A stretch of DNA of 10,490 nt, taken from Leptospira sp. GTDB lineage: Bacteria; Spirochaetota; Leptospiria; Leptospirales; Leptospiraceae. The stretch lies in assembly GCA_034439575.1 (NCBI GenBank), contig JAWXAQ010000023.1, positions 1-10,490 on the forward strand, written 5' to 3'. Both the position numbers and the translations under genes were made by a program. The notes under the pieces were generated by a model, which did not search any database, was not told the DNA's origin, and was given only the letters and a program-made list of their open reading frames with translations. Positions 7,384 through 10,490 of the stretch are shown here, in pieces (positions within the stretch are counted from its first letter, which is position 1; each line of letters opens with the position of its first letter).

Positions 7384-8676
7384 TTGAAAATAGGATCATT
7401 GAATCGGATGGAGCATAATCTAGAAATTCCGGATGTAATCGTTCTGGATAAGTCGTACACTCGGGCATATCTTCCAGAAGATTCCTTTGTTTCAAATCTG
7501 CGCAGAGCACTACCGCGAGAAATTTCGATTGATCATTTTGAAAATTCCTTAAAATCAAAGATTAAGGATATTGAATATAGTTTTTTACAAAATTATTACG
7601 ACCGTAGAAACGGAGCCAAAGGAGAAGCTTATATTCTACGAACTATTCCGCAAAGGATACGAGTCGATATCGCTGAATCATTTTTATCTCAAGATTCACT
7701 GACTGAAGAGGATAAGGAATATCTATCCAAATATTATGAATTGGATAAAACTTTAGATCGATATATACTTCGCCATACGATAACAGAAGCAGATGAAATC
7801 AAGATGTTAAAAATGTTTAACATGAAAAGTCTGCATATAAATAATGTTCAGAAAGCAATGATATCTGAAATACTTGAAACAATAGAAGAGATTGAGAAGA
7901 AAATGATATTTTTTGCAAATCTTTACACTCATCCTTCTCATAAATTTTTTTCTCCCCCGAATCTTAAACATGTCTCTGGGATGCAGATAACAGAAGCCGC
8001 TCGCCAATTTGCAATTGCGATTTGCCATAAGTATGGTCATGTTCCTTTTGAAGGAGTTACCTTCCTCTTACAATCGTTAAAGAGTGAATTTTTTCAATAT
8101 GCCAAAGTGAATATGCCAATTAAGATGAGAGCAATTGCCAAGGATGTAAAAGTAACTAAAGATAAAAGTTGGAATTTTGTTGATATGGAGATTACCGTAT
8201 ATCAAGAAAATGTGGAAATAAGTAAAGTCTCTACAATTGCTACAATCCTTCCGCTAAAAGTTTATAAACGATTGAAGTCTGGCCAACAAGAAGTTTATGA
8301 AATCGATCCTCGTTTCCGTCCAAGTGAAAGATTTCGAAACAATATCTCTATTCGATATAAGGATGAAGACCAGATCAAAAAATGGGTTTGTCATATTGAA
8401 AATTTTTCAGAAGGCGGATTTATGGTGAAGGCGGAAGGTTCACTTCCCCCTAAACAATTTTCTGACAATGAAAGTTTAGAATTTTTTATGCATTTTGATA
8501 TCGCTGGATTTGTTCATGGTAAGTGTAGAAATACTTGGACTAAGGTGGAAAGGGAAGAGGAAGATACGTTTCTCGCGGGCTTTTCAATCATTGAGATGAC
8601 AAATGTAGATAAGGACAATTTAAAAGAAGCCATAGGTCGGTTTGGTCGATTGATCGAAGAAAGAGATATCTATTGA
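7384..8676 (+). CDS. AfsA-related hotdog-domain protein (A-factor/butyrolactone synthase family) with C-terminal PilZ-like domain
   Basis: AfsA-type signature HKFF...HVSGMQITEAARQ...HKYGHVP (EAARQ at 7993-8007). PilZ motifs RxxxR (RPSER, 8317-8331) and NxSxGG (NFSEGG, 8401-8418). TTG start follows GGAG; alternative ATG at 7408. Confidence 0.85.
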   Translation: MKIGSLNRMEHNLEIPDVIVLDKSYTRAYLPEDSFVSNLRRALPREISIDHFENSLKSKIKDIEYSFLQNYYDRRNGAKGEAYILRTIPQRIRVDIAESFLSQDSLTEEDKEYLSKYYELDKTLDRYILRHTITEADEIKMLKMFNMKSLHINNVQKAMISEILETIEEIEKKMIFFANLYTHPSHKFFSPPNLKHVSGMQITEAARQFAIAICHKYGHVPFEGVTFLLQSLKSEFFQYAKVNMPIKMRAIAKDVKVTKDKSWNFVDMEITVYQENVEISKVSTIATILPLKVYKRLKSGQQEVYEIDPRFRPSERFRNNISIRYKDEDQIKKWVCHIENFSEGGFMVKAEGSLPPKQFSDNESLEFFMHFDIAGFVHGKCRNTWTKVEREEEDTFLAGFSIIEMTNVDKDNLKEAIGRFGRLIEERDIY

Positions 8677-9377
8677 TGGAAATCAAATCCCATCCGATAA
8701 GATATATCTTTTTACATTTTGATGGCGTTGTACTTCAAAACATCCTGGCACCTATCACATATTCCGTGATCAAAAAATTGGGCGGAACCTATTCGGCCGA
8801 GATAGAAAATAATATTTTTGCAAAATCTCAAACGCATGCCGCAAATTTTATCATCAATCATTTAAAATTGGATTTATCAGTCCAAGATGTGATAAATTTA
8901 TATTATGCAGAACGAAAACTTTTTGAAGAGACTCATACAATCAAATTCAATATTGGAGTCAAGAATTTCCTAACATTACTCAAAGATTTGGGTTATAAAG
9001 TGATTTCATATGGCGGGGCACCGAAGGAATATTTTTTGAATCATGTGAAAGATTTGTCTCCCTTTTTTAGTCATGATAAATACATTCAGACGAGAGAGTT
9101 TCGACCCGGAGTCAAAGAAATTGTATTTCAAATGTTTGGACTTAAACCAATGGAAGCATTATTTATAGATGAAGAGTTTAACATCGCTCTGGCGGCAAAG
9201 AATATGCAAGTACCATTTATCGGTATTTCTACTGGTTATGATTATAGCTTTCAAAAATCGGAAATGAAAAAACTTGGTGTGAAATATATAATTGATTCAT
9301 TGGAAGAGATGGATGCTCAATTTTTAACGCGCATTCAAAAAGATGTCTCAGATAGTTGTATTTGGAATGAACGATAA
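8676..9377 (+). CDS. HAD-superfamily hydrolase/phosphatase-like protein
   Basis: Motif I-like FLHFDGVV, helical cap, GVKNFLTLLK, motif IV-like ALFIDEE. ATG at 8676 overlaps the upstream TGA (TGATG); the ORF track starts at TTG 8673. Confidence 0.8.
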   Translation: MEIKSHPIRYIFLHFDGVVLQNILAPITYSVIKKLGGTYSAEIENNIFAKSQTHAANFIINHLKLDLSVQDVINLYYAERKLFEETHTIKFNIGVKNFLTLLKDLGYKVISYGGAPKEYFLNHVKDLSPFFSHDKYIQTREFRPGVKEIVFQMFGLKPMEALFIDEEFNIALAAKNMQVPFIGISTGYDYSFQKSEMKKLGVKYIIDSLEEMDAQFLTRIQKDVSDSCIWNER

Positions 9378-9398
9378 AATAAGGCTTAGTTAATTTAT

Positions 9399-10169
9399 AT
9401 GAACGAATTCAAAAATCAAAATATACTAATCACAGGTGGAACGAGTGGAATGGGGCTTGTGACTGCAGGACTCTTCGCATCAGAAGGTGCCAATGTCTTT
9501 ATATCTGGACGCAGTTTAGAGCAAGGAAATGAAGCCCTTCGTTCATTAAAACAGTATGATGGGCGAAATCAATACATTCAATGTGATGTGACGAATCAAA
9601 TGGAAGTTCGATCCATGATTGATTATATTGTGAAAGAAGTTGGTGGGCTAGATATCGCGGTAAACAATGCAGGCATTACTTCAAAAGCCCATTTGCCTCT
9701 GGCCGAATTTGAAGAAGATGAATGGAAAAATATAATCAATGTTAATTTGAATGGACTTTTCTATTGTATGAAATATGAAATCTCCACAATGCTTACGAAG
9801 GGCAAGGGAATCATTGTGAATAATAGTTCTGTCGCGGGACTTGTATCTATGCCGAGCCAGGCTGCTTATTCTGCGAGTAAATCTGCAGTCATTGCATTGA
9901 CTGAATCGGCCGCCATTGATTATGCACAAAAAAACATTCGTATCAACGCCATTGCTCCTGGACCTGTGATGGGGGGCATGAATAGCACAGAAAGATTAAA
10001 TGCAAATCCAGAAAGGACTGCCAAGAAGCTGAACTTAACTGCCATGCATCGATTTGGTGAGCCTATGGAAATTGCGAATGCCATTGTTTGGTTATGTTCC
10101 GAAAAATCATCCTTTGTGACTGGAGCGACAATCGCTGTGGATGGTGGATTTACTGCGGGAAAATGGTAA
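9399..10169 (+). CDS. Classical short-chain dehydrogenase/reductase (SDR)
   Basis: TGGTSGMG nucleotide-binding motif, NNAG, catalytic Ser (NSS) and YSASK, IRINAIAPG, VDGG. Confidence 0.95.
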   Translation: MNEFKNQNILITGGTSGMGLVTAGLFASEGANVFISGRSLEQGNEALRSLKQYDGRNQYIQCDVTNQMEVRSMIDYIVKEVGGLDIAVNNAGITSKAHLPLAEFEEDEWKNIINVNLNGLFYCMKYEISTMLTKGKGIIVNNSSVAGLVSMPSQAAYSASKSAVIALTESAAIDYAQKNIRINAIAPGPVMGGMNSTERLNANPERTAKKLNLTAMHRFGEPMEIANAIVWLCSEKSSFVTGATIAVDGGFTAGKW

Positions 10170-10237
10170 TCATTTACGTATTTTGTTTTACAATTTCAAT
10201 TTTTTAAGAAGCATATGACCTTTTAGGAGGTAAATCT

Positions 10238-10490
10238 ATGCTTGCTTTTGGAGGATGCGAAAGGCTTGAACCAGTTCACGCAGGCGAAAGAAATACGATT
10301 TATCGCGGTTTCAAAAATGGAAATCCGATCATACTCAAAGTCCTTCAGAAAGAATACCCAACAATCACTGAATTAGAAAATTTCACATTAGAATATAATT
10401 TATTACGCAATTTTAATTCTACTCGCATCATATCTCCGATATCAATTGAAAAAATAAATAATACACTCGGCATTATTTTCAAAGACATAG
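10238..10490 (+). CDS. Ser/Thr protein kinase N-terminus (partial), of the type found in large kinase-AAA ATPase-sensor hybrids
   Basis: SD AGGAGG at 10225-10230 and ATG at 10238. Frame is open to the window end: MLAFGGCERLEPVHAGERNTIYRGFKNGNPIILKVLQKEYPTITELENFTLEYNLLRNFNSTRIISPISIEKNNNTLGIIFKDI (IYRG, IILK Lys, alphaC Glu). Not in the ORF track. Confidence 0.8.
   Translation, partial: MLAFGGCERLEPVHAGERNTIYRGFKNGNPIILKVLQKEYPTITELENFTLEYNLLRNFNSTRIISPISIEKINNTLGIIFKDI

Noticed and set aside
7322-9929. Minus-strand ORFs 7322-7558, 7807-8040 and 9681-9929
   Set aside because: Antisense shadows of the AfsA-like and SDR genes.

Overview
AT-rich bacterial window. Composition, repeat style and gene content suggest a Leptospira-like spirochaete, but this is inference only. 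(1) Bases 1-2090 are a decayed accessory zone. It holds three GC-rich fold-back repeat units, each bounded by AAC...GTT (attC-like) and each followed by a + strand intrinsic terminator. It also holds a start-less DUF2846-like lipoprotein remnant, a minus-strand hypothetical gene (possibly WapI-like immunity) with an upstream in-frame ATG cut by a TAA, and a small GC-rich REP-like element. (2) A minus-strand signalling operon encodes a PAS-PP2C/SpoIIE phosphatase, a membrane HAMP histidine kinase and a single-domain response regulator. (3) A divergent stand-alone RRM RNA-binding protein has a probable long pyrimidine-rich leader and a strong downstream hairpin. (4) A Doc/Fic toxin gene is truncated just before its catalytic motif. 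(5) The most interesting part is a + strand operon encoding an AfsA (A-factor synthase)-type hotdog protein fused to a C-terminal PilZ-like domain, a HAD-like hydrolase with His in place of the nucleophilic Asp, and an SDR reductase, followed by the start of a Ser/Thr kinase gene. This resembles a Streptomyces gamma-butyrolactone/furan autoregulator pathway, possibly under c-di-GMP control and with no TetR receptor in the window.
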